A DNA stretch of 64,000 nt, taken from Marsupella aquatica. Lineage: Eukaryota; Plantae; Marchantiophyta. The notes beneath the pieces were generated by a model. That model worked only from the letters and a program-made list of their open reading frames with translations. It was not told the DNA's origin and searched no databases. The translations under genes and the position numbers were made by a program. The stretch's first letter is position 1. Every line of letters begins with the position of its first letter. Of the stretch, positions 1 to 11,167 are shown one piece after another. The stretch lies in contig OZ316894.1 of the NCBI GenBank assembly GCA_973895155.1, positions 4,922,944 through 4,986,943 of the forward strand, read 5' to 3'.

Positions 1-790
1 CCCTAAAATAGAAAATTCAAATTAAAGGGTCATCCAAAAAGTGGTTGCTATGGAATTGGCCAAAAATATGCGTTCTTTAATTAGATTAGATTCTATTCAT
101 AGATATTTTGTTAGTATCACCATATAAGATTTGATTATCATCTTGAGATCTTGAATATAATTTATTATTTTCTTTTATATGGTGAAACTATATTTAATTT
201 TTATTTTTACTATATTTATGGTGTTTTGTATAATTCCCTCCTAAAAAAGGGGTGCATTATGGAGAATTAATGCACTCAAATATACAAAGAGAAAAGTCAT
301 GAAAGGCTTTACGAATAGTATAATGTCCTGGTTAGAGGGCATTGTGGGATATAATGCCCGTAACTAGGACATCAATGTATCTAAAAACTTGAGTGACTTT
401 TGGGTAACAAACAAGAAAAAGTGAATCCCTGAAATAGAAAATTCAAATTAAAAGGTCATCAAAGAAGTGGTTGCTATGGAATTGACCAAAAATATATGTT
501 CTCTAGTTATATTAGATTATATTCATAGATATTTTGTTAGTATCACCATATAAGATTTGGTTATCATTTTGAGATCTTGAATAAATTTATTATTTTGTTT
601 TATATGGTAAAACTATATTTAATTTTTACTTTTACTATATTTACGGGTGTTTTGTATAAATCCCCTCCTTATAAGAAGGGGTGCATTATGGAGAATTAAT
701 GCACTCAAATATACAAAGAGAAAAGTCAAAGTCTTTACGGAGAATTAATGCACTCAAAAATACAAATTGAAAAGTCACCAAAGTCTTTAC
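1..790. repeat. AT-rich tandem direct repeat, period ~426 bp (copy 1 starts at the window edge, copy 2 at 427) plus shorter sub-repeats
   Basis: ccctaaaatagaaaattcaaattaaagggtcatc at 1 vs ccctgaaatagaaaattcaaattaaaaggtcatc at 427, colinear for ~300 bp. ggagaattaatgcactcaaa recurs at ~261, ~689 and ~739. Confidence 0.9.
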
Positions 791-1552
791 GTTTTGAGAT
801 TGAAGGACGATTTCTCTGTTCTGCCTGAGGTCTGTTATGGTGCAATTGTGAAAATCCAGAATAGCAGAAGCTGATTGCCTAACTGTAAGGTACATTATAA
901 GTTATTGAGGTTGGATTGGCAAGTTAAAAGTGTGGAAAACTTGGGCTTAACAGGCTGGGAAGGGCTGCCATTCTTGTGCGGAAGCAGGTGAGCTTTGCCG
1001 TTGAACCTGAATCGCCACAAATTAAATTTCAAGGTGCAATTTTTTGCAGGGCGCAATACCATTCCTTCCCCAGTAGACAGTCAAAGAAAGGTAATTATAT
1101 CCTGAAACAGCTTCACTGACCCTTTTGCATGCAATATGAACTACAATTTGTCGGTTTTGCCTTGCATGTGCTTTGTTGCTGATGATTAGGTGTACCCTTA
1201 TCAGAATGTTGGTTTGGCTTCAGTAATTAAAGGATTTGCAAGCAACCTCTCATTTTCTTTTGGGCAATAACATCAAATTGTTATGTTTGTAATGTAATGC
1301 AGGTTCAGTGATCATTTATGGGCGAATTCTCTTTGTTTTTGTTTGTTGTGTGGGTACTTACATGTGCCTATGCAATGGTGCACGCTTGCAATCTGCAAGT
1401 ACAAAGTCATTGCTGAGTAAGGAAGAGGATGAATGTGACTTGATGACACTGAGAAATATGACACTGAGAAGGACAGCTAGGGAGATGACAGTAAGACCTA
1501 TTTATCAGCTGATGAGGAGGATGAATGTAGTGTTGTATACCATTCCCTTCTC

Positions 1553-1780
1553 ATGCCTCCTTTGGCAGACCATATTTTTACTGACCATGTGTGGGTAGAG
1601 GTGGCTTACATATTTCCAGACTGGCAGCTTGCCCAATGTAGATATGTTAGTAGTGCATGGAGGAACTTGATTAATGTTACCTTCCCTTGGGGTTTAATCA
1701 ATGATTGCGGTTTAATGGATGCACACAATTTGCGTGACTATGTCCTCATGACTGCGGGTATTGACATTGAGGACTACTGA
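1553..1780 (+). pseudogene. Small F-box-like ORF, probably the 3' part of a decayed gene
   Basis: LADHIFTDHVWVEVAYIFPDWQLAQCRYVSSAWRNLI resembles the F-box consensus (LP..I...I...LP..L...R.VS+.WR.LI). The same frame continues upstream as acidic sequence interrupted by TAG at 1478-1480. Splice-like motifs at ~985, ~1049, ~1090 and ~1302. Confidence 0.4.
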
Positions 1781-1904
1781 AATGAAAAAGACTTTCATAA
1801 CTCAATATTTTCTGTGACCAGTGCTCTTCACTCATTTAGTAAAACGCACCATGAATATGGGTTGTTTGCCTCAATTATGTTATCTAATTATTACACCTTC
1901 AAAT

Positions 1905-1993
1905 CACTACACTACACTACGCTACACTACACTACACTACACTACACTACACTACACTACACTACACTACACTACACTACACTACACTACACT
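1905..1993. repeat. (CACTA)n pentanucleotide microsatellite, ~18 units
   Basis: Directly visible, with one variant unit (cgcta) near 1920. Confidence 0.98.
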
Positions 1994-2393
1994 CATGGCA
2001 GTGCCAAAAGGTTGTCACCCTGTCCTCTAAGAGACCTTCTGAAAATAACAAAACATATCCAATTCACATTTACCCTCAAATTCTAGTGAAACCTATATAA
2101 AGTTAACATTGTACTTTGGGAAAACCTGGTTTTTGACCTCATAGGATTCATTATTGGACATGTCCAAAAAGTCCATAATTTTTTCAGTACCTACCTTCAC
2201 CTTCATGGATTACACCAAACATTTTAGGGGTGAATCAGACATTGTTTTACAATCCACCAGAAATTTGGGCAATTTTTTGTTGTTGCTTTGTGCACTTTTT
2301 AATTATGGCTCCCCGAGAGAACTATGGTGCCCTATGTATTTTGTGTACCATTACCTAGTTTGAAAAGATTCCAACAAAAGAAAAGTAAGTCTT

Positions 2394-2835
2394 CTAGGGT
2401 TTAGGGTTCCAGGGGACTGTCTAGTAGTGCTTACACAGGGTTTGTCCCCAAAAGTTGATTTGCCATATACACACCTTGGAGTTCATGGTTTCCATTAGGG
2501 TTTATCTCAAGAATGAAAACTTGAGTGTTAAGGGTTACAGGGTACAGTGGACAAAAGATGTTTATAGTCAATTTTGCACCATTTCGTGCATACACACCCT
2601 GTTAAGCTTCTTTAAGAACATAGTAATTACTAAACAATATGTGCACTATCTTAGGGTTTAGTGTACACATCTATTTCAGCCTCTCAAGAATACTAAAATA
2701 ATCTGGAAGGGTTTAGGGTTTAAAGTCTTGGAATTTAGGGTTTCAGTGAGGGTTTATTTGAAGAATGAAAACTTGAGGGTTAAGGATTATAGGTTTGGGA
2801 AAATTATTGGGAAGGGTTTGCCTGGTTCAGGTTTT
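2394..2835 (+). repeat. Degenerate region rich in plant telomere-like (T)TTAGGG motifs, with an internal ~45-bp duplication
   Basis: tagggtttagggtt (2395), ttagggttta (2495, 2651), agggtttagggttt (2708), tttagggttt (2734). agggtttat..aagaatgaaaacttgag.gttaagg at ~2497 and ~2749. Confidence 0.6.
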
Positions 2836-2882
2836 ATAGATTAAAGTATGCTTTTAGAAAAATAAAAGAGATTTGTACTTAT

Positions 2883-3788
2883 TACGGACCCCACTAGAGG
2901 TACCTTCCAAAATTCCTCGCACCACAGCATGCCACGTCAACAACAACCGCAACAAACAAGACTCGTCGGTTTTGTGAATCAAACTTATAGTTTTCATTCG
3001 TGTTTGTGTCAATTTGGGTGTAAATTTTGGGACGCCGTGCCATAAAAAGAAAAGTGGAAATGGACAATGCAATGACGGTTAAAACTGCCATTGGACGCAA
3101 GACGGTTAAAACTGTCATTGGACGCAAGACGGTTAAAACTGTCATTATGTAACCGTTTTAGTTACATTTCCAATTTTAAAACTTAAATTCAAAGATTTAT
3201 AAAAAGTATTTTTCATATAATAAATGATGACTAATAACTAACTTGATAACTTCCGTGTTAAACCGCAACTCCCGGTATGTAAGGACCTCTCGTATTGTAC
3301 GGCCATTAATGCTGGGAAGAGCACATAGAAACCCAGTATCGGGGAGGAGGAATGGCTGGAATCTTGAAAGTTCATCGAATTTTATACTCAAAACTATTTA
3401 CTCATTCTCAAAACAAAAAATACCCAGTCGTAGATCTCATTGAGATCTTTCTTTTGCACCCTAGATCGCCTTCTAACATGGATGAATAAGATTTCTAGAG
3501 GTATTACAAAATGGATGACAAAGATCATAAAATCAACAAAATCGACGGCTAGGAAGGCTTGGATTTGTTTAATTTTTCATTTGAAAAATATTAACCCATT
3601 TGCAAAACGGACAGAACCCATCCATAGATCTATTTGAGATCTTTCTTTTGAGCCATAGATTGGCCATTATGATGGACAGACTAGATTTCCGGAGATAAGA
3701 AATGGAGACGGCTCAGATCGACTCTTCCCCCTGATTTTATTAGCCAAGGGGTCCACGAACTAATTGTGGAAGGGGTCTTATGGTTTAA
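2883..3788 (+). mobile_element. Non-autonomous element, family X copy 1 (asymmetric subterminal inverted repeats GGACCCC/GGGGTCC)
   Basis: Starts TACGGACCCC. The first ~170 bp are homologous to the reverse complement of 32130-32300. Ends GGGGTCTTATGGTTTAA, similar to the other copy. Flanked by ACTTAT direct repeats (2877-2882, 3789-3794). Internal 27-bp x3 repeat (3074-3147) and a ~70-bp duplication (3430/3623). Confidence 0.65.
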
Positions 3789-4871
3789 ACTTATAGCTAG
3801 GATTTATTACACAGCTCTGGAGTGACTCCAGACATATACACCTATTTAAATTAATGTAGCTTCTTTAAGAACATTGTAATGACTTAGGGTAACTTCCTCA
3901 CGGTCTTATTATTCTTATTATAGGTTAGGGTTTATTAGAGACATATAGACCTACTTTGGCACTACTTTGGTTTCTTACTTTAATTATCTTCTGATTTGTG
4001 AGGAAAATAGAAAGGGGCCCCTTAAAAGAGTAGGGTATACGGTTTGCACAAGGGTATGGGGCATCTTGCTGGACTGTTTGTTAAGTCCAGGAAATGTCAT
4101 AGGGTCCTGTTAAGTCCAAACTTGCACAGACAGAGCGATGGTGCATTCCCAAAAAGAAAAACCACCACCCTAAATGCACACAGGACCAGGCCTCAGGGGA
4201 ACACACATGAAAAGCTCAGACGAAGGCAGTGGAGCACATCCAGGGGGCGAAAGAGAGAAGGAGTCCATCCCCTCTGATTCGGACACAGAATTCAATTCAA
4301 TTGAGTCATCACATACTAGTACTGATATAGCTATATTCACAATACTCCACGGTGTTGAATCAAGTCAATTGATTTATTGATAGATCAACACTTAAAAGGT
4401 CAAAATTTCATCTCCGAGTAAATACATAGTCGGAGATTAATGTCATCGTGGATGCAATGTGTTTGTCGATGATACTCACTTTACAATCTCTTCCCACATG
4501 AGCCGACGTCCTGTCGTCGGGGGATCTTCTGAACGACACCGAGATTCAGATTAAGTCGAACTATAAAGACCAGAAAGAAGAGACAGAAAGCTATTGAGCC
4601 TGGAGAAAACGCCTCCATGCTCAAACGAACTTTTTAGCCGGGTTGGGAGCAAAGATCTAAGATCTGTCTCCAAAGAATGAATGAGTGGGTTTCCACTACA
4701 GTGAAGTCGATTTGCGTCGTATTTACAAAGTAAAAGCCATTGTTCCGAGTAACAGCTCTAGAGTCTCGAAATGATAGTGAAAAGCTAGTATCCATGCGCT
4801 GCAAGCATCCGAACTGAAAAATCCCCCTAAGTTGTTTTAAATGAACCTTGGATCTTAGCCCGTGTGCCTGC

Positions 4872-6035
4872 TCAAAGCTGGATGGGATAGATGCCAAAAT
4901 AGGAGCCAGAAGAAGGCATATCTCCGAAAGGAGGAGCGCATTGTACTTCCTGCCAGACAATTTCTTCTTTCGCTCCACCGATGCCGTTGCTCCGGACGAG
5001 ACAGGTACGTCTCGAGTTTGGCGTAATCAAAGTCACTGTTGCCAAAACCTCATCACCCACAGCTTGAACAGCATTCCAGCTGATCACATGAGGGTCGTCC
5101 TTCGAAATCGCGAAACCCGTGTGTGAATGCACGCGGGTCCATGAATTTCTAACAACGTCATAGGCATAAATCCCACAGTCGCTAATTGAATGCAACTTTC
5201 CTTGTGCCATAAAGAATGGCACCATTCGACCCTCCCTCTCAAAAGGTTCCACCAGTCTCCACTCATCTTTGATCGGATGATAAACTTCCAAGGACTCTGC
5301 ATCGCTTCCATCAGAATCTGTCGAGTACTTGAACCCGTGCACGAAAAGCTCCTCTCCTACGTTTGTAACGTTATGATAATAATCATAACGACAATAAGGC
5401 ATGGGCGTGATTGAAGACCAAGCATTCTCCGCGGGGTCATACAATTCACAAAAGTGATTCCTCCCATAGGAGCTTCCAAATACAAAATTTTTCCCATGGA
5501 TGACACCGCACGCAAACGGGGCAACGACTCCTTCTGGCAGCCTTGCACACGGTTGCCATCCATGTTGTCCGGCCAAATCCATGACATGTAAGAGTTGGTC
5601 ATCCAGGACATACAATTTGCTATCAATTGTTACATATTTACACAATTTCGAACATCCTCTATCATGATGCTCCATCGGAGGAAGCTCATAATAAGAGCCG
5701 TCTCCCGTGGAACAGAGAGCAAGGGCAGTATCATCATCAGTAGCAGCATACTTGATGAGGGCGAGTGTCTCTGTCGAGTTAGCGCGGATTCTGGCATTGT
5801 AGACCTCGTGACTCCGAATGGCATGAAGCCAGGCGGGACTCACTGTCGATAAGGTATAGAAAGTTCTCCAGGGCAACCTTGGAGCTATCAGGTCCAAGGT
5901 AATATCATTGGGAATCCCTGGCAAAAGGGACTCGTCATGTGCATCTAATCCCATACATGTGTTAGAACCTACGCGTCCGGGCAGAATCATGGACTTCAAT
6001 TCCTTGGGCTGCATTTCGTCCAAAGTATGTTCCAT
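4872..6035 (-). CDS. F-box/Kelch-repeat protein, copy A (387 aa, intronless CDS)
   Basis: N-terminal F-box LLPGIPNDITLDLIAPRLPWRTFYTLSTVSPAW. Kelch-like repeats (ACGVIHGKNFVFG...ELYDPAENAWSSI; LEVYHPIKDEWR). Open 1164-bp ORF. Confidence 0.88.
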   Translation of the reverse strand: MEHTLDEMQPKELKSMILPGRVGSNTCMGLDAHDESLLPGIPNDITLDLIAPRLPWRTFYTLSTVSPAWLHAIRSHEVYNARIRANSTETLALIKYAATDDDTALALCSTGDGSYYELPPMEHHDRGCSKLCKYVTIDSKLYVLDDQLLHVMDLAGQHGWQPCARLPEGVVAPFACGVIHGKNFVFGSSYGRNHFCELYDPAENAWSSITPMPYCRYDYYHNVTNVGEELFVHGFKYSTDSDGSDAESLEVYHPIKDEWRLVEPFEREGRMVPFFMAQGKLHSISDCGIYAYDVVRNSWTRVHSHTGFAISKDDPHVISWNAVQAVGDEVLATVTLITPNSRRTCLVRSNGIGGAKEEIVWQEVQCAPPFGDMPSSGSYFGIYPIQL

Positions 6036-6349
6036 CCACCGAAAGGGTTACCCTCTCCTATAATTGCGCCTTTGCACTTGCCACTCAACTGCAGGAAGGA
6101 TAGGTGGAAGAACTGCTCGGTAGTGTGGGGTTCTGTGATGGATGATGCAATCCCACGGCAGAACTACAAACGAAATCACCAACCGTTACTACTACGGGCT
6201 TCTCTCGTAAGAAGTGGATGTCCAGCTTGGAGCGTCAAATCTTCTGGTTCCAATCTTAACTTTGCGCGGCGAGAGTGTGGGTCTCACTGTAAACCACTGG
6301 AGGATTTAATTGGGGGACCAAGCTTTCAGATTTGCTCGTTGGAACCTGA

Positions 6350-7900
6350 TGACGACACGGTTAACGATAGTAACAAAGTGCCAGCCTTTTACCAAGTGGA
6401 CTAGTGGCTTAGTCCCCGCTAGACGCGCAATGTTTACCAAGTCAGCCCTTGACTGAGGTAGGAAGACTTCTTGCACCGCCAAAGATCACACGTGATTCAG
6501 ATTAGTACAAAAGCAGGAACAGAGCACCGCGTCACGGATTCACGCGTCATTCAGATTCAGTACAAAAAGCAAGAACCGAGCACTGTTCAGGTGCAGTTGC
6601 CCGACTTCGTCTCTTGTGCTCTTCGTCCGCCCCTTAATGCAACGTCGAGAACTTTGTCTCTTGTGTTCTTGTCCTCGAGCTGGTTTTTGTGCTGGCTTGT
6701 GTGCTTGCTCTCCACCCTCGATAACAAACAGTAAGTAGCCTATGTACTTACTAAATGGTTCCCGTTTGTCAAGTTTTTGACCTGGTGGCATTCTGTCGTC
6801 CTGGATCGGATTGCAGTGGATGATTTATATCACAACTTTGACCTCGGGACTTCGCGATCTGGAATTGTGGACGGACTTCCCTGGAACCGTTATTTTGTCA
6901 CACTGGTCGTCATCACTATCCACTTCTCCGATCGTTCGGAAATTAATGCTGAGTGACAAGGGACTTCTTGCTTGTTTGAATTGTTCAGAAATGCTGAGTG
7001 GCGAGGGATTGCTTGGTTGCATGAATTGCTCCGAAATGCTGAGTGGCAAGGGACTGCTTGCTTGATTGAATTGTTCAGAAACGCTGAGTGACTAGAGTTA
7101 GTCTACCCTGTACTGCTCCTGTAGGTGGAGCTGGGTTAGCTGCTTGTGCATGGCTTCAGACACGAATCCTTCTATAGAGAGTTTTTCTGAAGCTTTCAGC
7201 AAAAAGGAGACCATGGAGGACATGATTAGGATGATGGCGGCTGCCATGCAGTTAATGAAGAGAGAGGATGCAGTTAGTGAGCGTGATAGGAGAGAGAGAA
7301 GCTGTGGAGAGGAAAGAGAGAGATCAGGAGATGAGAGACGGATTGCTCCGAAGTGCACTGTCTTGGTAGATGCCTTGTTTACATTTGCACATCTCCCAAA
7401 CTGAGAAGCACTGAAAAGCTTGTTGCGTGGTCCAGGCTAGCCTCGCAGGGTGGAAAAAGTCAGCCAGCTGAGGGGTGCAGCTCGCCCTGTGCTCCAGCGA
7501 CTTCACAGCGTGGGAGGCCGCTCCCGGGTCCAAGCCATTTGGTGGAATCAGAAATGCCAAGAGAGAACGCAGACCTTGTACAGACATTTACACTGAATTG
7601 ATCCGCGCAAATCGGAAGGCTGACAACTTTTTTAGAGATGAATTGTGGAAGGATGAATCCCAGGCAAAGTAATTAAATAATGCTTCCCTCGAAGCTTACA
7701 AAACTCAACATTCGGACGATCAGGCTGGCCAAATTGGTACGAAAATTGAGACTTCTGCCGACTGCCATGGCATAGTGGATCCTCAAGAATGCATCAAATC
7801 TGACAGAGATTCTATGATGCATTGTATATTTGTACGAGGTAATTGAGCTCAGCTCAGTCCCTACCCGAAAGTGGTAGCCTGTACAGTCAATTGCGCAGTG
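6350..7900 (+). mobile_element. Truncated LTR retrotransposon: putative 5' LTR 6350-6771, repeat-rich leader, decayed gag-like region
   Basis: Segment bounded by TGACGACACGG...CCGTTTGTCA (TG..CA with imperfect terminal inverted repeat). It is followed by 45-bp tandem repeats and a charged, stop-interrupted frame (7144-7672). No canonical PBS or pol seen. Confidence 0.45.
6945..7092. repeat. 45-bp tandem repeat x~3.3
   Basis: aatgctgagtgacaagggacttcttgcttgtttgaattgttcaga-like units at ~6945, 6990, 7035 and 7080. Confidence 0.9.
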
Positions 7901-8642
7901 ACCCAGCTTTGCAGCTGTAGCCAGGATTCCATTCAGCTCAGTGCGGCACCAATTGTGCCGTATTCATTTGTTATTTCGGTTTCCTTAACTAACTCTTCTG
8001 CTCGACAACCGAGAGAGCCATTTAAAACCAAGATAGATGCTTATCAAACATTCAAATACCAATTCAGGAATAGGTCCCTCCGGAGAATTAGGAGACAAAA
8101 AGCAAGCAGTCACGTTCTGAGTGCATCCACTTAAGTCCATCGATACAATGATGGGCTCAAATCCAACAAATACAATCAAATTGGCAAATTTGACAATGAT
8201 ATTCATCCAGAAAAGCTATTACAGATAATGCTTTATTGCCGTTTCGTGGTACAAAAAAAATCAGTGGAATCTTGTTGCAATCCGAGCAGCAAATCTCCAA
8301 TGCAGACTGCAAATCTCCAGTGCAGTCAATGGTTCTCTGAAAAGGTAGAATGACCGAGTGGGTCCCTGCAGAATTCCAGTTTATCAGTTCTCTCTGCGAC
8401 TGAGAGAGGCGCTAATTGAGAATTAACCTGAAATGTAAGCTATGGGCTGAATCCTCAAATGAAACCCCCGTCCATCTACGTTGCAAAGGGTCGTTGTCTA
8501 AAAGCGAATGACTTCTCTATACAGCTTTAGAGTCTCGAATGATACTGGAAAGGCTAGAATCCATGCTCTGCAAGAATCCCAACTGAAGCAAGTTGTCCTA
8601 ACTTATCCTAAACGTCCCATCGATCTCAGCCGGCGTGCCTAC

Positions 8643-9124
8643 TCAAAGCTGGATAAGATAGATACCAGAGTTTGTGACAGCAGGAGGCCAATCTGGGAAA
8701 GGAGGAGAGCATTGTGGTTCCTGCCAGGAAATTTCTTCGTTCCCACCACCGAAGCCATTACTCAGAATAAGACAAGTACGTCTGGTTTCCCAGTCTGCCG
8801 TGTTAATCGAGTTCCTGTCCACCCAAGTCACTGTTGCCAAAACCTCATCGTCCACAGTTTCAGCAGCATCCCATTCCAGCCAACCGTCGCGGAACTTTGG
8901 AATCGCAGAAAACGTATGTGAATGTACGGTGGGTCCATGAATTTTTACAAATGTCATAGCCACAAATACCATCATTGCTAATTGAATACAACTTTCCTTT
9001 GTCGAAAAAAATTCCACCTCTCGACAATCCCTCTAAAAATATTCCACCACTCTCCACTCATTTTTGATTGGGTGATAAAATTTCAAGCATGCAACAACGC
9101 GATTGTCTCTAAGGTACTCAAAAC
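8643..9124 (-). pseudogene. F-box/Kelch copy B: 3' third only, F-box deleted
   Basis: Closely matches the C-terminal part of copy C (13708-14200). In-frame TAG at 9033-9035 plus 1-bp indels. Upstream it is fused directly to the repeat also seen at 16855-16960. Confidence 0.9.
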
Positions 9125-9861
9125 GAGGAGCGGACACGAGTGGAGAGAAGAGCGTCCTTCGTGCAGATTTTGGAGCTTGGCAGAGCACGGCAGCTAAATA
9201 AGGAAGCGTAATCGAATCCAATCTTGAAGCCTCGATTTGATAAGTATAGCTAGGGGCAAAGTTACTATAGTTATATGAACAGTATGGACATAGAGATAAC
9301 AAGGTGGGTGGACTGTCATTGTGAATAATCTTCTCTTTGTCTTCAATGAAATTGAATGTGTCCTAACTATCTTAAACCTCACTTCATTCAGAAAACCTAT
9401 GTCTTTTGTTGAGTGGCTCCCGAAAGTCTAGACAGGGTGTGGTTCGAAAGAGCCGCCGAATTACTTCAAAGCGAACAGTTTTGTTTATAACCCGCCGCAA
9501 GTGGGATACCCATGCCCAACAAGCCTAGGGAATTCAGACCTTTAACTAATCCTCCACCTACTCTTGGTCCTATCAACTCCATATTCAAAGTAATTTCATT
9601 ATGCATCTCTTCATCACTCCAACTTGTTGAATAAAATCAAGGTTACATAACCGAGGTGTTTTTTGTACTAATTGGCTGAATGATGTTATAGTGTTTGATA
9701 ATACCCCCTCAAAACTAGGCTAAAACACTCACTTTGGGGGGCATTATAATACAACCATGTCCTTAAAAGGTGACCTCCACTTCCATTTTTCTAGTAGCTA
9801 GGCAGGGAAGGGGGATTTTAATATGGGGCACAAGTGTGGTTTAATGGAGAGGAAAGTATAT

Positions 9862-11128
9862 TCCACTGTCCCTTGCGCATTCCTTGGGAGTTGGGCGCAG
9901 GTGGCCCCTGCCCTTGCTTCTCGTTTCATTGTGTATCTCCAGCCCATCCTCTTTGACCATGTCATGGGGGTTGAGGAGGGGGTCCTCCCTTTCCAGGTTT
10001 ACCTTTGCCACACGCGTTCTCTCCTGCCCGAGGTTGTACAAGCCACTGTTCCTAATTTCATGGAGGTGGTTCTTGACAGTCCGGACCGTGTCCAGCAGGT
10101 GATTTCCGACCGCATGCACCATCACACCCTTTCCAGCATGCTCTCGGATGCACCTTTCAACTTGGTTCAGGCTTGCCTCCTCTCTTTTGCTGGAACGGGT
10201 TCTGGAGCTTGGTTGTCCGCTAGTCCTTTGTGGGCCCCCTTTCATATGAGCTCCTTTCTCTTTGCCACTTCACTGCGCCTTGGGTTGGGACTTCTTCACC
10301 CTTGCCTTCTTGGCCAGCTCACATGTGTTTGTGGGGCGTAGTTGGATTCGTTGGGAATTCATATTCTCAGTTGTGGCCATGGGAGTGAGAGGACGGCCAC
10401 CCATGATAACATTCGGGACGTGGTGGCTGTCATTGCCCGGGACTCTAGTTACCATGTTGCCATGGAGCAACGACATGTTCTTCCCCCTCGGGATGGTCTT
10501 CCTGACCAGCGACACGCAGATTTGGTCTTTTCTAGGGCTGGGGTTTGTGCTCTTGGGGATGTGGTTGTTGTTGATCCTACTGGGGGGAGCCATGTTGCGG
10601 TTGCAGCCCATGTGCCTGGCCATACTGCTGCCAAGGCGGCCCAGCTCAAGGAAGAGGCCTATGTTGTTCGCTACCCGGGGGATCTGTTCTACCCATTTGC
10701 CCTTGAAGTTTTTGGTGCTCTCCACCCTACCTTCGACCAGTTCTTACGGGCCTGTGCCGTTTTTGTATTGAGCGGAGGCCTTTCCCCCTTGTTTCAGTCC
10801 TCATCGTCTTTTTTCGACAGTGGGTGTCTGTGGCTCTTCAGCGGGCCTAGGCATCTCGGCAGGTTCCACTTCGTGACCCTCCTATGCTGTTTACTCCGGA
10901 GCTCTACTAGGCTTTCCAGTTCTCCGCTCAGTAGGGTGTTGGCCTTCCCAGCTCCTTTTTTGGTCCCTTTTTTGGCCGTGTTTTTGGCCCTGGCTTCTTC
11001 TACTTTTCTTCTGATTTTGCACTTGGGGTCCCCTTGGCTTGTTTTTCTTGGGGCCCTCTCCCTCTTTTCCTTCCCTTGCTTTGCCATTGGGATCATGTCG
11101 CGGGGTTCAGTGTTTTTTGCCCTTGAGA
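9862..11128 (+). mobile_element. 5'-truncated non-LTR retrotransposon of the restriction-like-endonuclease (CRE-like) type, degenerate
   Basis: C-terminal motifs: GAWL...F...LRLGL, zinc knuckle CVCG...H.LSC, RTATHD, ADLV...DVVVVDP, KE..Y, FYPFALEVFGAL and (frameshifted) RQWVSVALQRA at ~10815-10850. TAG at 10339-10341. Boundaries are from the paralogous empty site aaagtatatt...ttgtgtgcca at ~22219-22258. Confidence 0.8.
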
Positions 11129-11167
11129 CGTTGTGTGCCATGCTGCCCCCCAAAACGTTCAGTTCAG

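Noticed and set aside
1814-2086. ORFs with HYTTL repeats; CACTA transposon terminus
   Set aside because: Translation of the (CACTA)n microsatellite. No matching TAGTG end or TSD identified.
3074-3147. 27-bp repeats as CRISPR repeats or iterons
   Set aside because: Head-to-tail with no spacers, inside a TE-like element.
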